Virus record (IMG/VR): IMGVR_UViG_3300030330_000465
Location: 1 to 24,235 of that record
Origin: a virus
Lineage: Duplodnaviria > Caudoviricetes
Strand: one strand, 5' to 3'
Length of the DNA: 24,235 nucleotides
Shown piece after piece: positions 7,747 through 17,230 of this stretch. A program made the position numbers and the translations under genes. Below the pieces are notes generated by a model, which saw only the letters and a list, made by a program, of their open reading frames with translations, did no database searches and was not told the origin of the DNA. Each line of letters begins with the position of its first letter. The stretch's first letter is position 1.

Positions 7747-8102
7747 CTAATATTTTGAAAGTCCATTTCAATTGGATAGTATGACATTTGCCTTCTATCC
7801 CATTTTAATGTTTTGTACTTTCTAAATTTTATAGCTAATATACTGCCAACAGTTTGTATTAAATTAGGATCACCATAATTTAAAATATAATCTTCTTCTG
7901 GATTAAAATTTTTTAATTGTTGATTTATTTCAATAATTAAAGGGCCAGGTGATAATTGCATTTGTGCTAATCTTTTATTCATAACCACAATCTCGCCATA
8001 TTTTAAAGCAGGCGTAATATCAAACTTAGGCTTGTTAATCTTAGCGGGATCATCGCTATATTTAATTAATGGTATTTCTTGAACTAAATAAACTTTTGAC
8101 AT
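7743..8102 (-). CDS. Hypothetical phage protein (119 aa, alpha/beta)
   Basis: Fills the gap between the divergent control region and the next gene; DYILNYGDP segment. Confidence 0.85.
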   Translation of the reverse strand: MSKVYLVQEIPLIKYSDDPAKINKPKFDITPALKYGEIVVMNKRLAQMQLSPGPLIIEINQQLKNFNPEEDYILNYGDPNLIQTVGSILAIKFRKYKTLKWDRRQMSYYPIEMDFQNIS

Positions 8103-8152
8103 TGACTTTCTTTTTCTATCCTATATATAGGATATTAGAAAGAAAAGTAAAG
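8102..8152. promoter_or_regulatory. Divergent promoter region with an 18-bp perfect palindrome
   Basis: TATCCTATATATAGGATA at 8117-8134, between TTGACT (+) and TTTACT (-) -35-like hexamers, in a 50-bp gap between divergent ATGs. Confidence 0.7.
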
Positions 8153-9586
8153 ATGTTTTATAAATTTAAGACTAAACCGTATCAGCATCAGCTAGATACA
8201 TTAAAAGAATCTTGGGATAAAGAAAACTATGCCTATTTTATGGAAATGGGTACGGGTAAATCTAAAGTTCTTTTAGATAATGCTGCTATGTTATATGACA
8301 AAGGCAAGATAAACGCTTTGTTAATTATAGCACCAAAAGGTGTATACAAAAATTGGTATGACTCAGAAATACCAACACATTTACCAAATCACATATTTAA
8401 AAAAATGGTGCTTTGGAAAACGTCTGACAAATCTGCAAAACAAAAAAATAATTTAAATACTTTATTTCAAACAGGAACAGAATTTCACATATTAATAATG
8501 AATGTAGAAGCTTTTTCGTCCGGGGATGGACCTGCATTTGCATATAAATTTTTATCTGCACACAATTCAATGATAGCTATAGATGAATCTACAACTATAA
8601 AAACACCTACAACCAAAAGAACAAAAGCAATATTGGCTCTTAGAAAAGATGCAAAATATAGAAGAATATTGACAGGATCTCCTGTAACTAAATCACCTTT
8701 AGATCTATTTAGTCAATGCCAGTTTCTTGATCCCTGGCTCCTAAACCATCAATCTTACTATACATTCAAAGCTAGATATGCTGTCACTAGAAAGATAGAA
8801 GTTCATGGTAGAAGCGTTGAGATAGTTGTTGGCTATAGAAATCTATCAGAACTTACAGATATAATAAAACCTTTTTCAAAAAGAATATTAAAAGAAGATT
8901 GTTTAGATCTTCCTAAAAAGACTTGGATGAAACACACAGTAGAATTAACTAGAGAGCAAAAGAAAGTTTACGCACAAATGAAGCAAGAAGCTATCGCATT
9001 CTTAGATGGCAAGATGCAATCTTCTGCAACAGTTATGACTCAACTAATGCGTCTGCATCAAATAACTTGTGGTCACTTTACAGCTGATGATGGCACTATA
9101 AAAGATTTGCCATGTAGTAGATTAAATGAGTTGCTTGAGATATTAGAAAAGGTAGAAGGCAAAGCAATTATATGGTCACATTATACTCACGATGTAAAAA
9201 GAATTATAAAAAGTATTAAATATATTTATGGTGATGATTCTGTTGTAGATTATTTTGGTGAAACAGATCAAGAAAAAAGATCAACTAATATAAAGAAATT
9301 TCAAAACGATGACAAGTGTAGATTTTTTGTGGGAACTACACATACGGGCGGGTATGGTATCACACTTACTGCAGGTAGTACAATGATTTATTTTTCTAAT
9401 GGTTATGATTTAGAAAAAAGACAGCAATCAGAAGCTAGAATAGATCGTATTGGTCAAACAAAACCAATGACATACATTGATATAATAGCTGAAGACACAA
9501 TAGATGATAGAATAGTAAAAGCTTTACGTAACAAAGTTAACATCGCTAATACTATTATGGGAGAGAATATCAAAGAATGGATATAA
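8153..9586 (+). CDS. SNF2-family (superfamily 2) helicase/ATPase
   Basis: MEMGTGKS, LIIAPK, IAIDES, ILTGSP, GYGITLT, QSEARIDRIGQ. Start moved to ATG 8153 (MFYKFKTKPYQHQ) because the ORF-track start at 8069 overlaps the divergent gene. Confidence 0.93.
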   Translation: MFYKFKTKPYQHQLDTLKESWDKENYAYFMEMGTGKSKVLLDNAAMLYDKGKINALLIIAPKGVYKNWYDSEIPTHLPNHIFKKMVLWKTSDKSAKQKNNLNTLFQTGTEFHILIMNVEAFSSGDGPAFAYKFLSAHNSMIAIDESTTIKTPTTKRTKAILALRKDAKYRRILTGSPVTKSPLDLFSQCQFLDPWLLNHQSYYTFKARYAVTRKIEVHGRSVEIVVGYRNLSELTDIIKPFSKRILKEDCLDLPKKTWMKHTVELTREQKKVYAQMKQEAIAFLDGKMQSSATVMTQLMRLHQITCGHFTADDGTIKDLPCSRLNELLEILEKVEGKAIIWSHYTHDVKRIIKSIKYIYGDDSVVDYFGETDQEKRSTNIKKFQNDDKCRFFVGTTHTGGYGITLTAGSTMIYFSNGYDLEKRQQSEARIDRIGQTKPMTYIDIIAEDTIDDRIVKALRNKVNIANTIMGENIKEWI

Positions 9587-9782
9587 ATCTCTCCAAGAAA
9601 ACTAGTGCTACAGCCCCCACCGTAGCCAATAATACCCAATAGATCTTGTCTATCTTACCGCCCAAATCGTGAATACCATTGTGCATATGTTGCACATCTT
9701 TTTTTAATCCAGTTATATATCCATACAAAGATATAATATGTTCTCTAGTATTTTTAGGTTTTAATTTGTCGCCGTTGGGCAT
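9570..9782 (-). CDS. Small coiled-coil protein with a C-terminal TM helix (holin/XhlA-like)
   Basis: ITGLKKDVQHMHNGIHDLGGKIDK heptads then IYWVLLATVGAVALVFL; TAATG coupling to the upstream gene; last gene of the late operon. Confidence 0.65.
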   Translation of the reverse strand: MPNGDKLKPKNTREHIISLYGYITGLKKDVQHMHNGIHDLGGKIDKIYWVLLATVGAVALVFLERFISIL

Positions 9783-12700
9783 TATGCCATTCCTCTATTT
9801 CTTAAACGTATTTGTTTCTCTTCATCTGATAGTAGAGCATTTTCTATTGGGGTCAATCCCTGATTCATGTTGCCCATTCCCTGCAGTTGTGAGGTTTGTA
9901 TAACTTGATTACTAGGCATTGGTTGTTGCGGTAATGATCCTAATGTTGGATCTTTAAATTGTATTTCTTCATCTACTTCTTCTATTCCAAAATCTGATGG
10001 TTTAAAGTTCCATGATTCAGATAAGTCAGCTCCAGAAAACTCTTGAATCATTTCTATGATTGTAGGTAAAGCCTCTTGAAAAGGATCTTTATATGCAGGA
10101 TTAGCTTCTCTAAATTCATCTGCTTTTCTAGCAAATTTTTCTACAATATTTTCTGAAGGTGTATAAGGTCTAAAATCACCACCAAACAAAGCTCCATATT
10201 CTCTTTTAGATATACCCCTGTCTTCAAATACTGCTGCTAGTTCAGAGTCATCCACATCAAATTTATTAGCTGCTTTTAAATCTAAGTACATTTTTTGCTG
10301 TGAATTAAATAATGATCTATTTGCTATAAAAAATTGTCTAACAACTTCTTTTGCAGTGCTTGGTGAAGATAGTAATCTTGTGTCTCCACCTGTAAATTCT
10401 CTTATACCATTTCTAGAAGACTTATCTAGTTCAGTAATTTTAAAATTAAGCCCTTTAACAGGATCTATTTTAATTAATCTCCATCCTAATAAACCAGGTA
10501 ATTCTTTTTCTAAATTATATATTTCTCCTCTCGGATCAGGTAGTCCTCTTGCTGCATAGTATATTCTAGATAGTTGTGATTTAGAAAACGGAACTTGTGT
10601 CTCTAATAAGTGTTCCATAATTATTCTTACTTTATCTGGAATAGGTGTTTCCTCAGTATATAATTTTTTACCTGTATCAGTTACACCCCCTCTTACAATA
10701 ATATCTATAATGGCTTCAGGTGCAATAGACTCTGATGTAAAAGGCTCAATTGATCTACTAAATGCATCAGATATACCTTTTATAAATCCGTTTATAAGTT
10801 GATCATTAGTTTCAATGCCTTCTTGAACCGATCTTAACATTGTTCTAAAGGGTTGCTCTAAATAATCATAAGCATTGTTGTTACTCCAGTTTTGATAATA
10901 GTATGTTCTCTTGCCGTTTTCATCCTCTTCGTAAGAAATAAATTTTTTGTCACCAACTTCATATGGAGCAACCCATCTTTCAAGAGCTGCTTCTTGATCA
11001 TCTGTTGTTCCAAGAACAGATTTAAATCCTGCACCAATACCAACTCCTATTGATCCAAACGCAGCTGCAGATCCAACTAATCTTTTCATACCTATTCCAA
11101 AAAGAGGGTTATTGTTTTTAACTAAACCTTTTCCTTTTTCAAAAACCATTGGAGTATAGTTAGGTCCGGTTGTAGGTTTGGAATGTGTAATCTCTTTCAT
11201 TATCCTACTACCAATACCAACTGCACTATTCATGATTGCAGTTGGAAAAGATGCAAAGTTACCAAAAGGTGTAGATCTTAAACCTTTTACTATATCAGAT
11301 ACGTATGCATAGTTTGGTACAGTGTTTCTCACAATGTTAGCTGCTTCTTCTTTTAATTGTTGATCAGTTTTTTTAATACCAGATTTTAAATAAGCCTCGC
11401 CTAATCTTTCTTTTTCTACCCAAAAGTTATAAATTTTGTAAACATCATCTTCAGCTGTATATAAATCTATTGCTGGTTTAGTTGCTCTAGATAATCTTTG
11501 TAGCATTCTTTTAAATGCATTAGTTGAGAAACCACCATCAGGATTTAATTCAATATCTTTTAGCAAAGCTTGATAGTCTCCCATCTTAGTTTGTGTATTT
11601 ACAACACCCAACTCTAATAGTTCTCTATATTCAGCCATTGCTTCCGGTGATCTAACACCTAATTGAACAGACTTACGTGCTTTGTTTATAGCTCTTGCAA
11701 CTAATGCAGGATTTGTAAATAATGTACCATTAGCAACAGAGAAAGCAGATGCAGATAAAAAGTTTCTTATATGTGTTGTTGGTGATAGAACTGTTTTTGC
11801 AATCTGTGCTCCAGCTTTTGGATATAAAAATATATACTTATAAGCATTACCTACTTTACCCTCTCGTATAAAAAAATTACTAAGTTTATTTACCGCTTCA
11901 AAAGAGTCAGCTATTTCTTGTGTCGTATGTAGTCCTTTTAATCTATTTACAAGAACTCCATTCTTAAACATACCCTCCAATGTTTCATCCAAAGATACAA
12001 TTTTATTTAAACCACCTGCTCCAAGTTGTTTAATAGCTTCATTTTTATCTGCGTAAAAAAGTCTCCTGGTTCCTGTTTCTAAAGCCTTGTCGTTTGCTTC
12101 TAGTACATCATCAATAAATTGTGATCTTCTTGCAAGGTTAGATAAAAGTCCAATTCCACTGTAAATAGATTCCCTTGCATCATCTACTTCACCAAATAAT
12201 TCTCTAAAGGCTTTACTTCCTTTACCAATAATTTCAGTGGCAGGATCACCATTTTTATTTTTTTTACTTAATATCTGCACAAAATTTTTTCTAACACTTG
12301 GAGTTTTTGCACCTATAGTTAAATCAGTCATTTTAAATGATGGTAATTGTGTTTTAGATGTAAACTTAATTGCACTGTTAAGTATTTCGTTTACTCTGTA
12401 TGATAATTCATCATCAGATAGTTCTCTTCCATGTTTTAGACCATGTCTTTTTAATATTTTTTTTACATTATTTATAGATTGATCAGATGGTTTGTACCCT
12501 GTTAATGCGTCTACATACGGATTTTGAAATATTTTATATGTGCCTCCTAACATAATTTTTAATCTATCCCCCATTAAACCAGATAGTTTTTTAACATCTT
12601 TTGGTAATGTTACAGCAGCTGTGCTACCTTCTTTAATAGTTTCAATTAAATTTACAAATTTTTGTCTAGAATTATAAATAGCATCAAAAACTATTTTTCT

Positions 12701-13804
12701 TGATTCTGCATTTAAACCACCATTAGTCATTTTTCTTTGTAATTTTTTAGCAATTGCTGTGTCACCTAATTTTTTGGACATGTCACCTTCAAACATTAAA
12801 GTTTTTAAATCTTTGTAAAACTCTGCTTGTTGTTTTTGATAATCTTCTCTTAAACCTTTGTTAAATAAAGTTTTAACACCTGGAAACATTTTACCAACTT
12901 CATTATCTATTCTTTTTACTTGCTCCATTGCAAAATTAGCGTCAGAGGCTTTTCTAGCATTTTCTTGATTTTTAGCTAAAAACATGGCTTCAGGTTTAGT
13001 TGAAGTAGGTCTTACAACTCCAGCTATTTGATCTACTTTTTTATTTATTTTAGAAGAACTAAAAGCTAAATCTTTTCCAAACTTTGCTACTTTACCTACA
13101 GTTTTAGTTGCACCATATACAAAGGGAAAATATAATAATGAGTCTGCACCAAATTTAGCCCTGTTTAAAAGTTTTCTTGCTGCATCTTCTTTTGGATCAA
13201 CAGATTCTTCTGTGTCCAATTGTGTTGGACCAATTTGAAAAGCATCACCAAATGTTCCTATTTTTTCTGCATCACCTACAAATACTTCACCGGCCGCACC
13301 ACCAACTACAGCAGCTCCAAATCTTGCAACTCTTGCTTTGTCGTTTAATTTATAAACTTGTTTCATACCTTTACGTACATTTTTACCTTTTAGATTTACA
13401 TACGTTCCAGCTTTTCTTGCTTGCAATGCTTTTGTTGCTAATTTAGATGCGATTTTTGCTCCAACACCTGCAGGTACACCTATTTGTATTAAGGCTTCTA
13501 CAATTTTACCAGCAGCTTTTTGTTCTGCTATCTCTTCAAATGGATTTATTTTATCAAAAAATTGTTCTACTTGTGCGGCTGCGTTTTGTGATATGCCTGT
13601 TGCATCCATTAATTCTGCACCCAATGATACAAAACCCTCGGGTATTTTTAATATACCTGATGCAACACCAGCAAGCCCTGCTTCTAATTGTGATATCTCA
13701 TTATCATCTTCAGCTTCAGGAGTTAAATCAATATAATCTTTTATCTCCTCATTAGTTAATTTTTTTTTAGTAGGAATATTTTTTGTAGGGTCGTATGTTG
13801 CCAT
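9782..13804 (-). CDS. Large internal virion / DNA ejection protein
   Basis: 1340 aa, largely helical with Gly/Ala-rich hydrophobic stretches; last and largest gene of the podovirus-type ejection cluster; GGAG SD. Confidence 0.75.
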   Translation of the reverse strand: MATYDPTKNIPTKKKLTNEEIKDYIDLTPEAEDDNEISQLEAGLAGVASGILKIPEGFVSLGAELMDATGISQNAAAQVEQFFDKINPFEEIAEQKAAGKIVEALIQIGVPAGVGAKIASKLATKALQARKAGTYVNLKGKNVRKGMKQVYKLNDKARVARFGAAVVGGAAGEVFVGDAEKIGTFGDAFQIGPTQLDTEESVDPKEDAARKLLNRAKFGADSLLYFPFVYGATKTVGKVAKFGKDLAFSSSKINKKVDQIAGVVRPTSTKPEAMFLAKNQENARKASDANFAMEQVKRIDNEVGKMFPGVKTLFNKGLREDYQKQQAEFYKDLKTLMFEGDMSKKLGDTAIAKKLQRKMTNGGLNAESRKIVFDAIYNSRQKFVNLIETIKEGSTAAVTLPKDVKKLSGLMGDRLKIMLGGTYKIFQNPYVDALTGYKPSDQSINNVKKILKRHGLKHGRELSDDELSYRVNEILNSAIKFTSKTQLPSFKMTDLTIGAKTPSVRKNFVQILSKKNKNGDPATEIIGKGSKAFRELFGEVDDARESIYSGIGLLSNLARRSQFIDDVLEANDKALETGTRRLFYADKNEAIKQLGAGGLNKIVSLDETLEGMFKNGVLVNRLKGLHTTQEIADSFEAVNKLSNFFIREGKVGNAYKYIFLYPKAGAQIAKTVLSPTTHIRNFLSASAFSVANGTLFTNPALVARAINKARKSVQLGVRSPEAMAEYRELLELGVVNTQTKMGDYQALLKDIELNPDGGFSTNAFKRMLQRLSRATKPAIDLYTAEDDVYKIYNFWVEKERLGEAYLKSGIKKTDQQLKEEAANIVRNTVPNYAYVSDIVKGLRSTPFGNFASFPTAIMNSAVGIGSRIMKEITHSKPTTGPNYTPMVFEKGKGLVKNNNPLFGIGMKRLVGSAAAFGSIGVGIGAGFKSVLGTTDDQEAALERWVAPYEVGDKKFISYEEDENGKRTYYYQNWSNNNAYDYLEQPFRTMLRSVQEGIETNDQLINGFIKGISDAFSRSIEPFTSESIAPEAIIDIIVRGGVTDTGKKLYTEETPIPDKVRIIMEHLLETQVPFSKSQLSRIYYAARGLPDPRGEIYNLEKELPGLLGWRLIKIDPVKGLNFKITELDKSSRNGIREFTGGDTRLLSSPSTAKEVVRQFFIANRSLFNSQQKMYLDLKAANKFDVDDSELAAVFEDRGISKREYGALFGGDFRPYTPSENIVEKFARKADEFREANPAYKDPFQEALPTIIEMIQEFSGADLSESWNFKPSDFGIEEVDEEIQFKDPTLGSLPQQPMPSNQVIQTSQLQGMGNMNQGLTPIENALLSDEEKQIRLRNRGMA

Positions 13805-13813
13805 TTAACGCTC

Positions 13814-14719
13814 CTATTCTAATGGTATTTCTCTTAATTTTTTACCTGAGTATGGATCGTATTCTATTAATATATTTTTTTCAGCGTCTCTTTCATATAA
13901 TCTTTTAGTATCTGGTTTAAAATAAACTCCTCCTGGAATCATTTCATCGAAATTATATTGTCTTGTTTTACCTTTTTTCTTATTAGGTAAAACACCTATA
14001 AAGCCACCTTTTAGATTATCGTTTTGTCTAATTGATGGGCCAATATATGCAGCAAATTCTGCAAACGCTTCAGGATATTCTTGTTGAATTGTAGTAATAT
14101 AACCAGCAGCTTTAGGATCAGTATATTTTTGTAAAGTTTCAAAATAAATTCTTTCAGGTGAATAATCTTTTTGTAGGCTAGATCCTGATTTTCCAGGCAG
14201 TTGTGCTATTTGTAATTTTAAATCTCTATTTAATTGATTTTCATTTCTAACTTTTTCAGCTTCAGAGGCTTGAAATGCTTGTTTTTTAGCTAATAGGTCT
14301 AATTCAAATTTTTGTTGGTCTTTAGTTGCCTCTTTAGCTTCTTTTAATTTTCTTAATCTATTTTCTTCATCAATATCCATTTCTAATCCAGCTAATTTCA
14401 TATCTCTTTCCGACATTCTTTGTCTATCTTGCGTATCAAAAAATCTTTGTAATGGCTCACCGCCAAAAGCTTTTGATAAATTTTGTAAAGTAGTTCCCCC
14501 TGCAGTGCTAAGACCTCTTAAGGAACCTTCTATTAAATATCTACCTAGTGGGTCTGTTGAGGGTCCAGAATATTGATTTACTATTTGCTCGTACCTTTGT
14601 CTTGGAGTTAGTTGAGTTCCATCCTCATAATTTTCTCTATCTTGAATATTAGACATGATGCCATTCATGTTGGCACCGCCACCTTTTCTAAACATAGGTC
14701 TTTTAAATACTCTACTCAT
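13814..14719 (-). CDS. Putative internal virion / ejection protein
   Basis: N-terminal RPMFRKGG motif, central coiled coil, position within the cluster. Confidence 0.65.
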   Translation of the reverse strand: MSRVFKRPMFRKGGGANMNGIMSNIQDRENYEDGTQLTPRQRYEQIVNQYSGPSTDPLGRYLIEGSLRGLSTAGGTTLQNLSKAFGGEPLQRFFDTQDRQRMSERDMKLAGLEMDIDEENRLRKLKEAKEATKDQQKFELDLLAKKQAFQASEAEKVRNENQLNRDLKLQIAQLPGKSGSSLQKDYSPERIYFETLQKYTDPKAAGYITTIQQEYPEAFAEFAAYIGPSIRQNDNLKGGFIGVLPNKKKGKTRQYNFDEMIPGGVYFKPDTKRLYERDAEKNILIEYDPYSGKKLREIPLE

Positions 14720-15540
14720 TATGCTGGTCTCTGTACTGGGTTAAGAGTTCTGTATATACCGGCTAAACCTGCTCCTGCACTAATTAAAGATTGTAGTCCG
14801 CTTGGATTAGGTGTTACCTCCTGAACTGATTTACCAGGATAACCTGCAATCAATTGAGTCACGCCGGAACCATATTGTTGTGCAGCTGTTAATGGCTGCA
14901 TTAGGTTTTGAATATTTAATTGTTGTTGTGCTCCTAACTCAGACTGTTTTTGTTGTTGTAATGCACCACCTAAAGTAGTTAGACCTGCAATTTGTTGTCC
15001 TTGTAATGCAGGTGTTGTTGAAGCTAAAGTTAATTGATTTTGTAAATCTCTTTGTGCACCTTGTTGTGCTTGTTGAAATCCTTGTGCTAGTAATTGTGCT
15101 TGTAATGCGGCTCTGTTTCTATCTGATGTAGATCTAAACTCTGCTTCTTGAACGGCTTGTCTATCACCACCAAAAGCTCCCGCGGCTACAGCCCTATCTC
15201 TTATACCACCTAGACCTCTTTGTGCTTGTAAATCAAATTCTGATAGTGTTGCATCTATTACATCTCTTTGAAATGGAGACATAAATTCTTTAAATGCATC
15301 TGGACCAGTTCTACTTGCCGCTGTTTGCAAGAATGGTTTGAATGAATCTAAACCTGATTGTAAATCTTTTACGGCTCTTTGTTGTAAAGGATCTAGACCC
15401 GCTACAAATTGTGGACCATATACTTTGGAAAGATCAGCTGATTTAAAATCACCTGTTGCTTTTGATAGATCACTTAAAAACGTCTTACCGGCAGCTTCTA
15501 TAAACTCCGGTGGTCTAACTCTAGTTTCTGATACTGCCAT
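14719..15540 (-). CDS. Gln/Ala-rich helical ejection (DNA pilot-like) protein
   Basis: AGAFGGDRQAV..AE, Q-rich helices, C-terminal hydrophobic LISAGAGLAGIY; TAATG coupling. Confidence 0.7.
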   Translation of the reverse strand: MAVSETRVRPPEFIEAAGKTFLSDLSKATGDFKSADLSKVYGPQFVAGLDPLQQRAVKDLQSGLDSFKPFLQTAASRTGPDAFKEFMSPFQRDVIDATLSEFDLQAQRGLGGIRDRAVAAGAFGGDRQAVQEAEFRSTSDRNRAALQAQLLAQGFQQAQQGAQRDLQNQLTLASTTPALQGQQIAGLTTLGGALQQQKQSELGAQQQLNIQNLMQPLTAAQQYGSGVTQLIAGYPGKSVQEVTPNPSGLQSLISAGAGLAGIYRTLNPVQRPA

Positions 15541-16952
15541 TATACTCTTCCTCCATTTTCTAATTTTTTCATCATATCATACATACGTTGAGCGCCTTTA
15601 TTAACGTCACCGTCACCCATTCCTCTTACAGCATCAGCTGTAAATACAAATTCGTTATTTGAAAGCATCGCAGGGATGTCGTCAGCCTTTTCTTTTACAC
15701 CAACTGGAGGAATAAATCCACCTGTTTCTCTAAGATCTAGCTCAGTAATTCCTGCTGGATTTTCGTTTAAAGGTAGGCCCATGACGCCTGCTGCCTGCAT
15801 TGCGTTATCTTCTGCTGAGTCTCCTCTAGCATAACCTATTCTACCGCCTTCTGCCTTTCCTTCTTTAAATATTTTAAAAAGTTCTAGTGGTGCTTTTTGA
15901 CCTTCAAAATCTTTTTCTGTTTGTAAGAAATCTTTGGGCACTAGATCCATATCAAGACCATATAAAGATTGGCCAATTTTTCCACTTTCTCTAATACCTG
16001 ACGGACTTTTTCCTGCAGCTTTTTGTTTTGTAGCAAAATCAAAATATTTTTGCATAGCATCAAATTTATCTCCTCCAAAAAATTTAGTTTTTTCAGCTTC
16101 TATATTTAATAAATCGTCATAGTCTTTATAAACTTTTGCAAACATTTGTTGATCCATTAAACTTTTAGAACCTGGGAATCCAAAATTCATTTCTGCAAAG
16201 CTAGGTAATCCTATGTTTTTTTGTTCTGGAGCATCAAATCTATTTCTTTGTTGTGGGCTGTCGCCTCTTCTATTATTACCACCACCAATAGAACTAGTAT
16301 TTGTTCCACTTCTTTGTTTACCACCACTGCCCATTGCTCTATCTCTGGCTGAAGTAGACCGTCCTTTTGATGCCCCACCTTTACCTGTTTTAGCATCACT
16401 TCCTTGATATCCTCCACCAAATCTATAACCAATACGTCCACCATCTGACATGTATTCTACCATGTTAGATTCTACTAATTGATTTATTCTAGCTTCGTAT
16501 TCTTCGTCCTCTTCGTTATCTCTTTGTGGATTTAAATTTGTAAAATATTCTTTTAAGTAACTTCTTATTGCAGGCGTATTTACACCAAATGATCCTACCT
16601 GTGGTTGAGGCATACCTCCACCTAAAAGTTTTCCTAAACCAACTGATCCGACAAATTTACTCATAAAAGGTAAATTTTTTATATTAGGTAATATGTTAGC
16701 TGCTTTAAAACCTGTGCCAGCTATTCCTGGTAAACTTTTACCAAAGAATGTCCCACCACCTAAACCATATAATGCACCGGCTGTAAGAGCCATTTTACCT
16801 GCATCAGATTTGATAAAACTACCAATACCTTTAGCGACACCTTTGATAGCTTTCTTAAGTCCCCCTAAAAATGCTTCTTCTCTAGGCACGATATTCATAA
16901 TACCACCGCCCATACGTAATTGTCTTTCCATCATTCCTCTAGATATTGGCAT
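15540..16952 (-). CDS. Putative internal virion protein with GGRIGY repeats and a C-terminal DDIPAMLSNNEFV domain
   Basis: Gly-rich amphipathic N-terminus and two GGRIGY motifs. The C-terminal block resembles the DSIPAMLSNGEFV segment of many tape-measure/ejection proteins. Confidence 0.7.
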   Translation of the reverse strand: MPISRGMMERQLRMGGGIMNIVPREEAFLGGLKKAIKGVAKGIGSFIKSDAGKMALTAGALYGLGGGTFFGKSLPGIAGTGFKAANILPNIKNLPFMSKFVGSVGLGKLLGGGMPQPQVGSFGVNTPAIRSYLKEYFTNLNPQRDNEEDEEYEARINQLVESNMVEYMSDGGRIGYRFGGGYQGSDAKTGKGGASKGRSTSARDRAMGSGGKQRSGTNTSSIGGGNNRRGDSPQQRNRFDAPEQKNIGLPSFAEMNFGFPGSKSLMDQQMFAKVYKDYDDLLNIEAEKTKFFGGDKFDAMQKYFDFATKQKAAGKSPSGIRESGKIGQSLYGLDMDLVPKDFLQTEKDFEGQKAPLELFKIFKEGKAEGGRIGYARGDSAEDNAMQAAGVMGLPLNENPAGITELDLRETGGFIPPVGVKEKADDIPAMLSNNEFVFTADAVRGMGDGDVNKGAQRMYDMMKKLENGGRV

Positions 16953-16984
16953 AATTAATAAAGTTTATATAAAAAACTCTCCTT

Positions 16985-17230
16985 TTACAACTGAGAATCT
17001 CCGCCCAAAGGCAAAGACTCTACTGTTAATTTTACACTTCTAGAGATATCTTCTCTTTTAGTGTCTGTTTCAGGGTTATCTACATCTGCATCTGCTTCTG
17101 CATCTGACATGTATTCTTGACCCGTCTTTAAATTTTTTAAAGTAATCTCACACTCTGGTGTAATAACCACAGTTGGTTTACCGTTTATCTCTCTTATTTC
17201 TTTTTTAGCTTTTGTTTCTATAAATGGCAT
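16985..17230 (-). CDS. Hypothetical protein (81 aa), morphogenesis operon
   Basis: TAATG coupling to the upstream gene; GGAG upstream of the start. Confidence 0.8.
   Translation of the reverse strand: MPFIETKAKKEIREINGKPTVVITPECEITLKNLKTGQEYMSDAEADADVDNPETDTKREDISRSVKLTVESLPLGGDSQL

Noticed and set aside
8069-8152. N-terminal extension of the SNF2 ORF in the track
   Set aside because: It overlaps the divergent gene start and the promoter palindrome; ATG 8153 gives a typical N-terminus.
9454-9639. Minus-strand ORF overlapping the holin-like gene and the SNF2 3' end
   Set aside because: Mostly antisense to conserved SNF2 coding sequence, with no SD or lipobox support.
10858-11043. Same-strand out-of-frame ORF inside the 1340-aa gene
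   Set aside because: TTG start with GGAG directly abutting it (no spacer); composition typical of a shifted frame.
16211-16444. Same-strand out-of-frame ORF inside the 470-aa gene
   Set aside because: No convincing SD; explained by the Gly-rich, stop-poor host sequence.
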